64,000 nucleotides of DNA from Octopus sinensis (GCF_006345805.1 NC_043007.1:67890001-67954000); one strand, 5' to 3'. Positions 12,485 through 24,433 are shown, counted from the stretch's first letter. Notes: generated from the sequence alone by a model not told the origin. Program-made: numbers and translations.

Positions 12485-12900
12485 GTCAGTACACATGCAC
12501 CGTACACAGCAATTTTTGATTGCCTTGTGATGCCATGCTGGAACCAAACACGAGACTCAAGAGGCCGGAAGGAATCAATTGCTCTCTGCAGTCTGAAAGA
12601 TATCTCATCATCCAGGGAGCAAGAACGGCTGAATGTGCTGCCCAAGTAGAAAAAATTGTCTACCACTTTTAGTATTGTTCCTTAAACCAAGATAGCTGGT
12701 TCCACATAAGGATTTCCTGGTGCAGGCTGGAACATTACAACAGTCTTGTCCAGGATAATGCTGAGTCATAATGCCTTGCAGGAAGCAGAAATACGATTCA
12801 TAAGTATTTGCATGTCATCCACTGTATGGGTGACTAAGTCACAGTCATCTCCATAAAGGACGTCACGAATAAGAGACTGGAAAACTTTTGAATTAGTAGC
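12485..12900 (-). mobile_element. RTE-BovB-like RT fragment, decayed
   Basis: Minus strand: LIRDVLYGDDCDLVTH (YGDD near 12842-12858)...KTVVMFQPAPG.PY.EP...VDNFFYLGSTFSRSCSLDDEI..RVWFQHGITRQSKIAVY. Confidence 0.85.
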
Positions 12901-13804
12901 ATAGTGAATGGGGAAAGCTTAGTTTGCAATGTCAGTAGTCGTGTATGATTGACAAGAGCAGGATTCATTAGCCACCAACGGAGCCGTAAATGCAAAATGT
13001 TCGTCCTACAGCACACAATGTTCCTAAAGGTCATCAGTGGTCACGAATGGACGGCCATCATCATCATCATGTATGTATGCATGTATGTATGTATGTATGT
13101 ATGTATGTCCCTTGACTACTGGAGATAGGCTGGGACAAATGGAGTGCTGATGATGCCTAGTGACAGTCCACGATTGTCCCCTTATTTCTAGACAATACGT
13201 AAGTTATTTTGGTGATGGCATGTTAACTTTTAAGTATTCTTGATTCTGGAGATTATCTTCTTTCTTACATGGGGATGATCTTCCTTCTTAGATGGAGATG
13301 ATCTCAATTATCATTTGGTAATTGTGACACATCCTTTAGAGGTAAAGATAATTTCAATAAATAACGAGTTTATGTTGTATGGTATTTAATGTACCTACAT
13401 TTCTCTGTCTGTCTGTCTGTCTGCCGGTCTGTATGTATGTATATGTACGGATGTATTCTTGTATTAATTTCCAAAGGCATGAGAATTCGTTCTGGTATTT
13501 TAAACTGAATAGGATGTTTGAGCAATTTAGGATCAATTTTTCATTCTTGAAGAACATAAGTGAATCAATCAAATAAACTTCTCGGTTATTGATTAATCAT
13601 TACCATTTTGTTTTAATATCCTTTTTGCTATAGGCACAACGTCTGAAATTTTGAAGGGATTGCTACTTGGTTACATCGATCCAGTGCTCAACTGGTACTT
13701 ATTTTATCGATCTCCTAAGCATTTTGCCCGGAGTGCTAACGATTCTTCCAGCTCGCCGCCTTAATAATAATGATGATGATAATAATAATAATAGCAACAA
13801 CAGC

Positions 13805-13844
<40 letters not shown>

Positions 13845-13895
13845 GCAGCAGCAGCAGCAACAACAACAACAACAAGACATAATAATATTCTACTC

Positions 13896-14288
13896 AATAT
13901 TCTGTTCAATACCACAGATTTGCTTGTCAGTTGTTTGACCATAACCAGTTCAGCATGTTTCTTGGTGGCTGACGATATGTGCATCTCTGATCAAGAGCAG
14001 AAGTAGTGGGGGAGCATCATAGCCAAGTGTTGAGAGGAATTTCTTTGGGGTTTGGATAATACACCTTCGGAAACATCCTTAAACAACTCTTATTTAGGGA
14101 CCTTTTGACGCTACTCGACCTGAAGAAAATTCTAAGTGGATCTTGATTTGAGATCACTATGTCGCGCACATAAGGATATGATGCATGTGCTGGTGTACCC
14201 TTATCTGACGGGTAGTCATGATGGGCATACTGAGATTGGTATATTTTACCCCATTGTCTCTTTGATCGCAAGAACTGCTCTCTCACTC
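13896..14288 (+). mobile_element. (AAT)n-associated element, truncated at the variable end
   Basis: Colinear with 18171-18726 with internal deletions; ends gaactgctctctcactc-aataat. Confidence 0.8.
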
Positions 14289-15096
14289 AATAATATAACA
14301 GCCTTATAAATACATTGGCTAAATAGATGTGAAAGAAAAAGGCTAGGCCGTTACGGACGGAATACCTTTGATCATAGAATTGCTCGATCACGTCTGGCAT
14401 GGGGGGTAAATGACAAGAACAGTATCCATTTAAATTATGTTGACTCACGGCGAAGTAATTTCATCATAGGTTTTGTAGTCCAGAGCTAACATGAGAAGGA
14501 GCGGGGAGGCTAAATGACACCAATAATAACAACGACAACAACAGCAATAACAAAATCAGTATGTAACACATTACGATCGATTCAGTCGCTTAGAAGCAAA
14601 AGCCCATACCTATTTAGTGTAAAGTTCGCGTTGATTAAGACTTTACATTTCGCTTGACGGCTTACTCGTCCAGTCCGGCGAAACTTAAAGTCTAAGTCAA
14701 TTCTAATTTTACAACGAATTTAACTCGACTGTCAGTGTTGAGTCGCTTCCCGTCAGTAAATGTCCTGTTGTTATTCTTAAACTTACAATATAATAATAAC
14801 AACTGTTTAAAATAAAACCCCACTCCTACAAATTTGAGTCCGTGAAAAATGTAAAATTATTACAAATTGTGTCAACCGACTGAAACTATCATACATAGTG
14901 TAATAACTACGGCATTTTAAATTACTTTGAACTCGTGTATATTTGTGTGAATGCATTTATTTGTGAATTTGAATGTGTGTATTTAATCTCTTTCTCTCCC
15001 TCTGTCTCTCCCCACCGTCTATTTGCATCTGCCCTCTTTCTGTTTCTCTGTGTTTGCTGATGTAGAACTTTCAGTTAACTATGTGTAGATCTATGG

Positions 15097-15326
15097 AAGG
15101 CAGCAAGCTGGCGGAAACGTTAGCACGCCAGGCGAAATGCGTAGCCTATTTCGTCTGCCGTTACGTTCTGAGTTCAAATTCCGCCGAGGTCGACTTTGCC
15201 TTTCATCATTTCGGGGTCGATAAATTAAGTACCAGTTACGCACTGGGGTCGATGTAATCGACATGGTCCGTTTGTCTGTCCTTGTTTGTCCCCTCTGTGT
15301 TTGGCCCCTTGTGGGTAATAAAGAAA
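15097..15326 (+). mobile_element. SINE family A with 17-bp TSD
   Basis: TSD tatgtgtagatctatgg at 15080-15096 and 15327-15343. Confidence 0.92.
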
Positions 15327-15812
15327 TATGTGTAGATCTATGGGAAAGCAGCGAATTGACGGAATTATTACAGCGTCGGACGAAAGCCCCGTGATATTTG
15401 TTCCTCCTGTTGGCGCTCTGAGTTCAAATCACGCCGACGTCAAATTGCAATCGCTGCAATACTCAGCTGCACAAATAGATGCTGCTGTGCATTGCAGCGA
15501 CCCAACCTCTGAGAATGGGTCCGAATCCGACTGCTTTTTGGACGGTCTCCAAATAACGATGGTTGACCTTTTTACTGATCAAAATGATCAATTTACCGAA
15601 GTCAGCTTTGTTTCTACCCTTTCTCAGAACACAGAGAGCCGGGGAAAATGTCGCTAAGTATTTTGTAAGAAGCACTAACGAGTCTTCCAGCCCACCGCCT
15701 TACTAGTAATAATTGTAGTTGTAGTAATAGTAGTAGTAGTTTCGTTATTGGCCACAGGGGCCACAAAAGGAATTCAGCGACAAAAGACAATGGGGATTTG
15801 CATAAACACGAA

Positions 15813-16176
15813 TCTCTATATATATAAACGGCAAAATGTCTTGTGTGTGTCCTTTATACAAATCCACAATTTTTCAGTTAGAGGGCTCGCACTTTCTATG
15901 GTCATTCAAAACCATCCAAGGGTGGTCGTTCACATCTTTACATTTCCCCAGTCACTCCGCAAAGCCATTAAAAAAATCAATAGAAGTGACTTTTTTGTGA
16001 ATTTTCTATCCAAAACCCAATCAAAATGTCCAAAACTTGATACGCCAATTGAATGCCAGCTAGCTGTATGTGATTGGTCGGAGATTTGGACAGTACTCGC
16101 ATATATGTGCGCACGCACGCAGCTGTATATGCATACACTAGCACTATGACCCGGCGTTGCCGGGTCATAGTGCGAG
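15813..16176 (+). mobile_element. Non-autonomous Helitron
   Basis: 5' A|TC-TCTATATATATAAA start. 3' hairpin actagcactatgacccggc-gtt-gccgggtcatagtgcgagt, ending CGAG|T (CTAG with one change). No TSD. Confidence 0.7.
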
Positions 16177-16214
16177 TAAACAATAAAAATCAACAATTCA
16201 CAAACTGGAGACTC

Positions 16215-16770
16215 TACCTTAAGAACGGGCAAATGTCTCCACTGTACCGAATCTGTAATAGAGTTGACGAAACCATTGCCCATATCGTGAACGAATGTCC
16301 CAGACTTTCCCAGAGTCATTATAAGTTGTGCCGATACGACGAGGTAGCGCAGAAGTGCTACATTGGAAACTATGTGAAAAGTGGGGTCTAGAGAGATGCA
16401 AGACGTAGTATGAGTATACATTTCTTTATTGCTCACAAAGGGCTAAACATAGAGGGGACAAACAAGGACAAACAAAGGGATTAAGTCGATTACATCGACC
16501 CCAGTACGTATCTGGTACTTTATTTATCGACCCCGAAAGGATGAAAGGCAAAGTCGACCTCGGCGGAATTTGAACTCAGAACGTAGCGGCAGACGAAATA
16601 CCGCTAAGCATTTCGCCCGGCGCGCTAACATTTCTGCCTGCTCGCCGCCTTCAAGACGTAGTATGAGTATAAAGCAGAAAGAGTGGCGAAAGCGGAGACC
16701 TGCAATATCCTGTGGGATTTCTCAATAGAAACATACCAGATGCTAGAGCACAATAAGCTGGAGCTTGATC
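16215..16770 (+). mobile_element. R4/Dong-like remnant (zinc knuckle plus start of RLE), split by a SINE
   Basis: SPLYRICNRVDETIAHIVNECPRLSQSHYK..R.DEVA..HW.LCEKWG; after the SINE it resumes KAERVAKAETCNILWDFSIETYQMLEHNK. Confidence 0.8.
16419..16651 (-). mobile_element. SINE family A with 20-bp TSD
   Basis: TSD caagacgtagtatgagtata at 16399-16418 and 16652-16671. Confidence 0.95.
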
Positions 16771-16859
16771 GGTTTGGTCGCTTGGGTGAGACATATGACT
16801 TTCTGTAGTATATCCATATTATACATTTAAGTGCCCTTAGAAGCCGTTGCTGCGAATGT

Positions 16860-17267
16860 ATTGTTGTTATTGCTGTTGGTGTTGGTGTTGCTGTTGAGCG
16901 AAAGGTCTTCGTCCTAGAGCTCGCGAAATGAGAGAAGTCCGAAACGTGGTCCTTTGCTATTCGTAAGACCCGCAGAAGAGAAAGCAGGTCAACCCCCGAC
17001 ACCGAGAGCATCGACGGATGGATGAATGCGCATCCAGGCACAGCGGTTGCGTAGGAAGTCGGGGACAAGAAACAGGAAGAAAGAGTGAGAGAAAGTTGGG
17101 GCGAAAGAGTACAACAGGGGTCGCCACCACCCCCTGTCGAAGTCGGAGTCTCGTGGAGCTTTAGGTGTTTTCGCTCAATAAACACACACAACACCCGGTC
17201 TGGGAATCGAAACCGCGATCCTCCGACCGCGAGTCCGCTGCCCTAACCACTGGGTCATTGTGCCTCC
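16860..17267 (-). mobile_element. SINE family D, full length, tail type 1
   Basis: Family-D head and core (tgtactctttcgccccaactttctctcactctttc), then gacttcctacgcaaccgc...gaagacctttcgctc and a CAA-rich tail. Confidence 0.85.
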
Positions 17268-17577
17268 TGCTGTTGGTGTTGTTATTCACGTTCGAAATAT
17301 TATTGCCATTTGTGTTGCCGAGATTACATTTAGTTTTGTTTTTTGCTTTTTCCTTCTATCAGGATTTTTGTGGTTGCAGTGGTGGTGGTGATGGAGATGG
17401 TGATATCCATGTCCGTGGTCGCATTGTTGTCGCTGTTGGTTGATGTCTGTGGTATTGTCCCTTTTATTTCAGGAAGTCAATTTCATAGAATTAAATTACT
17501 GTGCTGTGTTGTTACAGTTGTTTCTGTTAGTCGTCATAGTGTGGTCCTCTGGACTTTGAACTTGGTGTCTCCTTCTA

Positions 17578-17710
17578 TTGAAGTCGGAGTCTCGTGGAGC
17601 TTTTTAGGTGTTTTCGCTCAATAAACACTCACAACGCCCGGTCTGGGAATCGAAACCGCGATCCTATGACCGCGAGTCCGCTGCCCTAACCACTGGGCCA
17701 TTGCGCCTCC
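17578..17710 (-). mobile_element. SINE family D, head only
   Basis: Near-identical to 3988-4120 on the opposite strand. Confidence 0.85.
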
Positions 17711-17997
17711 ATTACACATATTATAACTCACTATTAGAGCTACCTCTGACATCCCAACTCGCGTCTCTCAGCATGGTGGACATCGTCATGTTTGTTTTTA
17801 ATGTTATTCTTTTCTATAACAAAATGAAAATTTTCTTTTCGAATTTTAGCCCCTAAAGGAGTACAAACAAGCAAACCATGCAGACCTATACAATGCTGGT
17901 GGATTCAAGATTAACAATATTAAACAATTAACAAGTTTTGGAGGCACATATAAACAGATAAAAATTATGAGCTATTCGATACGCGTCCAGCCAATAC

Positions 17998-17998
17998 G

Positions 17999-18071
<73 letters not shown>

Positions 18072-18107
18072 TAATAATAATAACAATAATGAAAATGACA
18101 AATATAA

Positions 18108-18170
<63 letters not shown>
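17998..18170. repeat. (AAT)n microsatellite
   Basis: Long, slightly interrupted AAT array; source of the poly-Ile ORF 17965..18204. Confidence 0.95.
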
Positions 18171-18172
<2 letters not shown>

Positions 18173-18726
18173 GCCCTGATGCAGTACCAGGCAGTGGCTC
18201 TCATGGCTTCTGATCTTAACTGATTGGAAGTGTTATCATGTACATTGTTTTGTCTTGGTATAAAAGATGGGCTACAGCAAATATTCTGCTCAATACCACA
18301 GATTTGCGTGTCAGTTGTTTGACCTTAACCAGTTGAGCATGTCCCTTAGTGGCTGACGATATGTGCATCTCTGATCACGAGCAGAAGTAGTGGGGGAGCA
18401 TCATAGCCATGTGTTGAGAGGGATTCTTTGGGGTTTGAATAGTTCACCTCTGGAAACATGGGTGGTTCTTTCAACATCCTTAAACAACCCTTATTCAGGG
18501 ACCGTTTGAGCGGGATGGGCTACTCAACCTGAAGAAAATTCTAACTGGGCCCCACCTGTAAGGTCATGTGCTGTTTATCTTGATATGAGATCACCATGTC
18601 GCGCACATATGGTTGTGATTAATGTGCCTAGTGTACCTTTATCAGACGGGTAGTCATGATGGGTATATTGGGCTTCGTATATTTTACCCCAGTGTCACTT
18701 TGATGGCATGAACTGCTCTCTCACTC
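18171..18726 (+). mobile_element. (AAT)n-associated element, apparently full length (556 bp)
   Basis: Begins atgccctgatgcagtacc and ends gaactgctctctcactc, with (AAT)n directly on both sides. Three other copies in the window. Confidence 0.85.
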
Positions 18727-18764
<38 letters not shown>

Positions 18765-18821
18765 TAATAAGGAATTTGACAAATATAAGGAATTTGGCAA
18801 ATTGAAGAATTTGACAAATTA

Positions 18822-18915
18822 AGTAAATATAAGGTCCTGGAAATTGAAATACGAAATATGTGGCATCTTAAAGCGACAACTGTTCCTGTTATTGTTAGTG
18901 CCCTAGGTAAGATAA
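18822..18915 (+). mobile_element. R4/Dong-like RLE fragment
   Basis: Translates SKYKVLEIEIRNMWHLKATTVPVIVSALGKI. Confidence 0.7.
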
Positions 18916-19057
18916 AAAACATCAACGTCAATTTGCTTATGATGGTAAGTTTTGGATGAAATCTTTCCGACAATAGAAACATGTTGATAACATTAAGCAA
19001 AGGATACAAAACTACCAAGACGTTTAATTCAAATAAGCGGATAACGTTTAATTTAGT

Positions 19058-19852
19058 TTAACCGTTCATGGGCCGGCGGGGTTGGACTGACACAAAAGGC
19101 CATTGGAATCCCGAGGGACCCACTTTTATTTTTGTGCATTTCCGCCGTATCCATAAAATAATATTAGTTTAATCTTGCATATATGTATGACTGCATGATA
19201 CAGAACAAGAAATTTAGCACTTTATAGAAATATATTTGTAATTATTAGCGTTTAATGGAAGGGCAATTGAAATATAATTCCTTGACTGAAAAAAAATAAC
19301 CTTTATTGAAAGAAATCAACATTTTTTATATTTCGTTTTTGGATTTGGCTTGCAAGATTCTTTATATGAGTTCGTGTGTTGAAGCATATTCTGTTGTGTC
19401 TGGGGAGTCCGGGGGAAATTTTACCGGTGAGTGTGTTACATTATAAGGCACAAAAAGAAAATGACTCCCTCCAGACACAACAGAACATTTTTTATAGTTT
19501 TATAAACTATGCATATAGCTCTAAATATAAAATAAAACAAAAATATTTAGTATATCGGTTCATAACAGTAGAAATACGAAGAAAATTGATTTAGAGTTCA
19601 TCAGAATATCTGAAAAAAGAACAGAAAAAAATGCGCAGAAGGCCAGTGGGGTCCGGTTGGACCCCAATTACCTTATTTTATGCTTTAACATCCATATGAC
19701 TGGAAATTTTTTACACAAATTTGTATGTGTATACATAAACTATTGACAATAAAAGTCGTGAGATATAAAAATCATTTCAACAAAAGATCTAAAACTTGCA
19801 CACCTTTAAAATTTTACTGGGGTCCCAAGGCTTCTCGCTAGCCCACGAAGGG
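19058..19852. mobile_element. Old piggyBac-like MITE (tentative)
   Basis: TTAA-CC start at 19058. 13/17 inverted match between 19062-19078 and 19836-19852. Internal palindrome ggggtcc-ggtt-ggacccc at 19648-19665. No intact right TTAA. Confidence 0.35.
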
Positions 19853-20030
19853 AGTTCAAATACCACTCATTTTGAGAACAACAATTGGTTCATAACAGTA
19901 TCATTGATCATGAAAAAGAAAGTTTCCTCTACACGTATATTCCGCCGGTCACGCTGGCCAAACTTAGCACACCAGTACCCACACCCACACCCCACCTCAC
20001 TTCACTATTCTTTTACGAAAACCAATACCT

Positions 20031-20261
20031 ATTTCTTTATTACCCACAAGGGGCTAAACATAGAGGGGACAAACAAGGACAGACATAGGTATTAAGTCGA
20101 TTACATCGACCCCAGTGCGTAACTGGTACTTAATTAATCGACCCCGAAAGGATGAAAGGCAAAGTCAACCTCGGCGGAATTTGAACTCACAACGTAACGA
20201 CAGGCGAAATACCGCTAAGCATTTCATCCGGCGTGCTAACGTTTCTGCCAGCTCGCCGCCT
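20031..20261 (-). mobile_element. SINE family A, full length
   Basis: Full family-A match; short flanking repeat caatacc at 20023-20029 and 20262-20268. Confidence 0.9.
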
Positions 20262-20858
20262 CAATACCACCGTCACCATCACCGCCAGCGTTGCCAACAC
20301 AACCGCCGCCACCGCCGCCGTTTTCCCATATGTTTCTTACGCGTTTCAGAAGCCAGAGGTGTTTTTGTTTTAATCTCGGTAGTCATTACAGAGTTTGGGA
20401 AGCGGATTTACTCGAAAAATCCGAAGCTTTGAAAACCAGTTAATTGTGTTAATGATTACTGGTTGATAACGTGATTCATGATTATGATGATAAGCTGCTT
20501 CGACTGTTTTATATTTTCTTTTATTTTTGCGTCTTAAGCATCTTAGAAAAATAACTCGAAAAACATGTTGAGAGCAATAAAACAATGACTGACGTACAAC
20601 AGCCCGAAAATACACACACACACACACACATGCACACACACACACACACACACATGCACACACACACACACAACACACACACACACACACACACGCACAC
20701 GGGCGCTCACACACACGTATATTAAAACAATAATATAATAAACGAAATATAACAGCCGAAACTATGTGTTTGTGTGTATGCATGCATGGATCTATGTATG
20801 TATATATATATGTATATGAATGTATGTATATATATATATATAAGTATATATATGTAAG

Positions 20859-20891
<33 letters not shown>

Positions 20892-20896
20892 GTATA

Positions 20897-20971
<75 letters not shown>

Positions 20972-21029
20972 ACGGGAAGCTTTATGAAAATAAACAAAAG
21001 ACGAAGGCAGGTGGAATACAAACAAACAA

Positions 21030-21105
21030 TTGTATTAGTATGGCGCTCAGGAATATAAATAAAACAAGTCTTTTACGTTTCGAGCCTACGCTCTTCAACA
21101 GAAAG
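21030..21105 (-). repeat. Penelope-type repeat end with hammerhead-like core
   Basis: Minus strand: CTGTTGA-a-GAGC-gtag-GCTC-GAAACGT...cctgAGCGCC. Core lies at 21077-21101. Confidence 0.55.
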
Positions 21106-21181
21106 ATACACAGAAAAGAAACACAGAAAGAAACAAGGAGAGAAAAAAGATGCGTGCAGAGGCTAGCGAATCAACATGGCG

Positions 21182-21213
<32 letters not shown>

Positions 21214-22391
21214 CATACACACAAATGCGAGTGTAAGTGTTTGAGTCAGTTTGTATGAGATTGTATGGTTGCGTCTATTAAATTAATTATCATTGTTTTT
21301 CGTCCTCTCGTTAACCTGGAGGTGTCTTAGATAATAGGCTCAATCTAATAAAGGTTGTTTGTTCACCCAGACGTACATAAAAGGAAATACAATTACAGTC
21401 TAATTGCATACGCAAAGACCACACTAATACAGAATACAATGCAGTGAGCTACTGGATGGGCGGGACAACCAGAGATCCCTGCCGTATGAAAATTTAATAG
21501 TAAAATGGGCGTTAGCATACTTGAGGCAGTACGCTGAAAAATTAATTTAGTTTTAATTAAAATTTCAGTGTTCTATTTTTTCTTGTTTACCACAAATTTA
21601 TCATTTACGTAATGATGTGTTTTCTTCATTGTGTAATTATGATTAATTAGATATTATGTAATTAATTAAAATTTCTTGGTTCACTAAATATTGTGTGCTA
21701 GTGTCCACTTTAATACACATACTCATATTTTAAAGAGAACATAAAGTGGTGTGTTCATTCATCCATACGCGACGGTTGTACCAGACATAATGCAAAAATG
21801 GGCATTAATTGACATAGGTCGTTCAAATTGCACAGGATGGTAGAGTGAACAAGGGAAATTATGAGATAAGGAAGAGACAAACAAGTAAATAAAATATGAA
21901 GTTAGATTAATAAAATATGTGCTTTGAAAAAGCGACGGAATATGAAACGAAAGTATAAGACTCAAAGAATGTATACAATGAAAATAAATGTGTATAATGA
22001 AACCAATTACGCCGAATGAAAAGGACAGGAAATGATCTAACGTTTTGGGTCATACACTTCATCAAAGAGAAATAAAAAGAATAAGCGTTGTTGAAGAAAA
22101 AGAACAGAGCCATATAGATTTTCGACGCCTGTTTACATGGCAAGCTTGGTGTAAAAAGGAAGTTGAAGAGTGTAATATTAGGACCGGAAATGGAGACACC
22201 GCCTTGATCATAGTGAAAATAAGTGGGAACTAGAGCAGATGCTGCACAGCTGATTGGCAACGATTAATAAGCTTCAACCAGTGAGTTGAAGACACACAGT
22301 TTCTTATTCCTGCATCTTCATTTCATTATGCATATTCAGTCCTCCGTTCCCCCAAACTATTTATCTACATTTTTCTTCTTGACTCAACCAT

Positions 22392-22396
22392 CTTTC

Positions 22397-22468
<72 letters not shown>

Positions 22469-22470
22469 TT

Positions 22471-22548
<78 letters not shown>
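22392..22548. repeat. Compound (TTTC)n-(TC)n-(TCTA)n microsatellite
   Basis: Direct reading. Confidence 0.95.
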
Positions 22549-22551
<3 letters not shown>

Positions 22552-22609
22552 TCTTATTGTGTCTCATTCCGCAGACCCCAGTCACTCACCTACAGTAATG
22601 CATCATTAC

Positions 22610-22770
22610 GTCCCTGTAACTTAGCCGTTTGCCAAAAGATACCAACAAAATAAGTATCAGGCTAAAAAAAAAAGTACTGGGCTCGTTTCATTCGACCGAA
22701 AACTCTTCAAGGCAGTGCCCCAGCATGGCCGCAGTTTAATGACTGAAACAAGTAAAAAGTTAAAAAAGAG
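22610..22770 (+). mobile_element. SINE family B, 3' half
   Basis: gtaacttagccg...ttcattcgac...gtgccccagcatggccgcagt..aatgactgaaacaagtaaaa. Confidence 0.75.
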
Positions 22771-23800
22771 ATACAGAAGACGTATAAATACATGAATGCA
22801 AAGAGAAAGAGCGAATGCAACGGAAAGAAAGGAAAATGAAAATAAGGTGTATTAAAAACAAATGAAATCTAAATTTTCGATATAAGGTGAGGGTGGTGCC
22901 TATAAATAAAGGCGCTGAAACACATGTATTCTTCGATCTAATGATGTCATTCATAGTCCAATATATTTTCAAACATGTCTACGAGGAAAATTTTTTTACG
23001 GGATTATTTCCTCAGTAAAAGGTCTTCCCACGTTCGAGTGTACTCGAACCTGTGAAAAACGAGTTTACACGCATAACTTTTATATAACACTGCTTCGTGA
23101 GGCTTTAGTTAATTCTACCATTTGAAAGCTTTACGCACATCAGCAAACGCAATGTTTTCAGTGTAATATAAGAATAGATTGTTCTTATCGGGCTGTGAAG
23201 AGCTTATTTGGTGCTTGTGGTTAACGGTGTGAAAGATCGCAGTAATGTTTGCGCATTATGATCCAGTAGTGTCATTGAAAGTCAATCTGTTTTTACACAG
23301 GCCGTCTAAGAAGGATGATTTTTCTCCAAAGATTATTTGCGCAGCGAAAGGCCTCCCTACTGCAATTCATAAAGTAATCTTGCAGCTGATGGAGCTGAGG
23401 CTACGAAAAAAATAAAGTTCAAAGTAAAAACCTAAAACTTAAACATAAAGCTTTATGCTGTAACAATCTTAACAAATGCATACAATTCACAAATCGTCAA
23501 AACACTCAGAGTAAGGCAACTGCCGGAGTACGAATGTCGCCGTTTATAAGGAGAAGACCATTCATATCTGCGTACAAAATCTCAACATTCGATGGAAAAT
23601 TCACGTTCTGGACAGGCTCTTTCTGTACACGCTGATTAGAATTTGGAACAATCTACAGTAGACTGTCACAACATAGTATCAAGTCCAAGGCGTTATCAGA
23701 GGCGCGATGAAACATTGTTTGGTGCATTGGAAACATAATCAACGATGCTATTATTCAGAAAGTCACGAGATAAAGAAAAATATATTCTTATATGATTCTA

Positions 23801-24433
23801 TTCTTTTATTGGTTTCAGTCATAGGACGGTGACTATACAGGTTCACCATCTTAAACTGTTTTCACTCACAGGGCTGCGGTAATACAAGGCCGCCTCCTTC
23901 ACTGGCTCCCTCATAGGGTCGTGGCTATTCAGAGTCAATGCAGTCACTGGCAATACAGAGTTCCTGCCTTCAGATGTTTCAGTAAAAGGTCTATAGCTAT
24001 AGAGAGTTAGCACCTTCAATGGTTTTATTCAAAGGATTGTAGCTATAAAGAATCCTTGCTTTTAGTTGTGTTACTGATAGGACTGTGGCTATACAGGGTT
24101 CCTGCCTTTCCTGATTTTAGTCATGGGACTAGTTATAAATTGTCACCACCTTCAGTAGTTTCAGTCATGTGCTAGTGACAATTCAAGGTCACTACCTTAA
24201 GTAGTTTCAGTTATAAGACTGTAGTCATACAGGGTCTCTGCTTTCGCTTGTTTCTGTCACATAGCAGTGATTATGCAGTGTCACGACCCTCACTGGTTTC
24301 AGTCTTATGATTGTGGCTATACAGAACAATCACTTTCAATAGTTTCACTCATATGACTTTGATTATATGGAGTCAATCCATCTCCTTTGGTTTCATTTAT
24401 AGGACTGTGGCTCTAGAGACCACCGCCTTCAGT
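23801..24433. repeat. Degenerate ~46-bp minisatellite (~14 units) related to the SINE-B 3' end
   Basis: Units such as ggtttcagtcataggactgtggctatacagggtcaccaccttcagt recur about every 45-46 bp. They are preceded by ttcttttatt, as in minus-strand SINE-B tails. Confidence 0.8.

Noticed and set aside
23028-23048. Palindrome gttcgagt-gt-actcgaac
   Set aside because: An 8-bp arm palindrome is expected by chance in 64 kb.
23801-24433. Periodic array as a CRISPR-like locus
   Set aside because: No constant repeat alternating with unique spacers; the units are degenerate throughout, the context is eukaryotic, and there are no cas genes.
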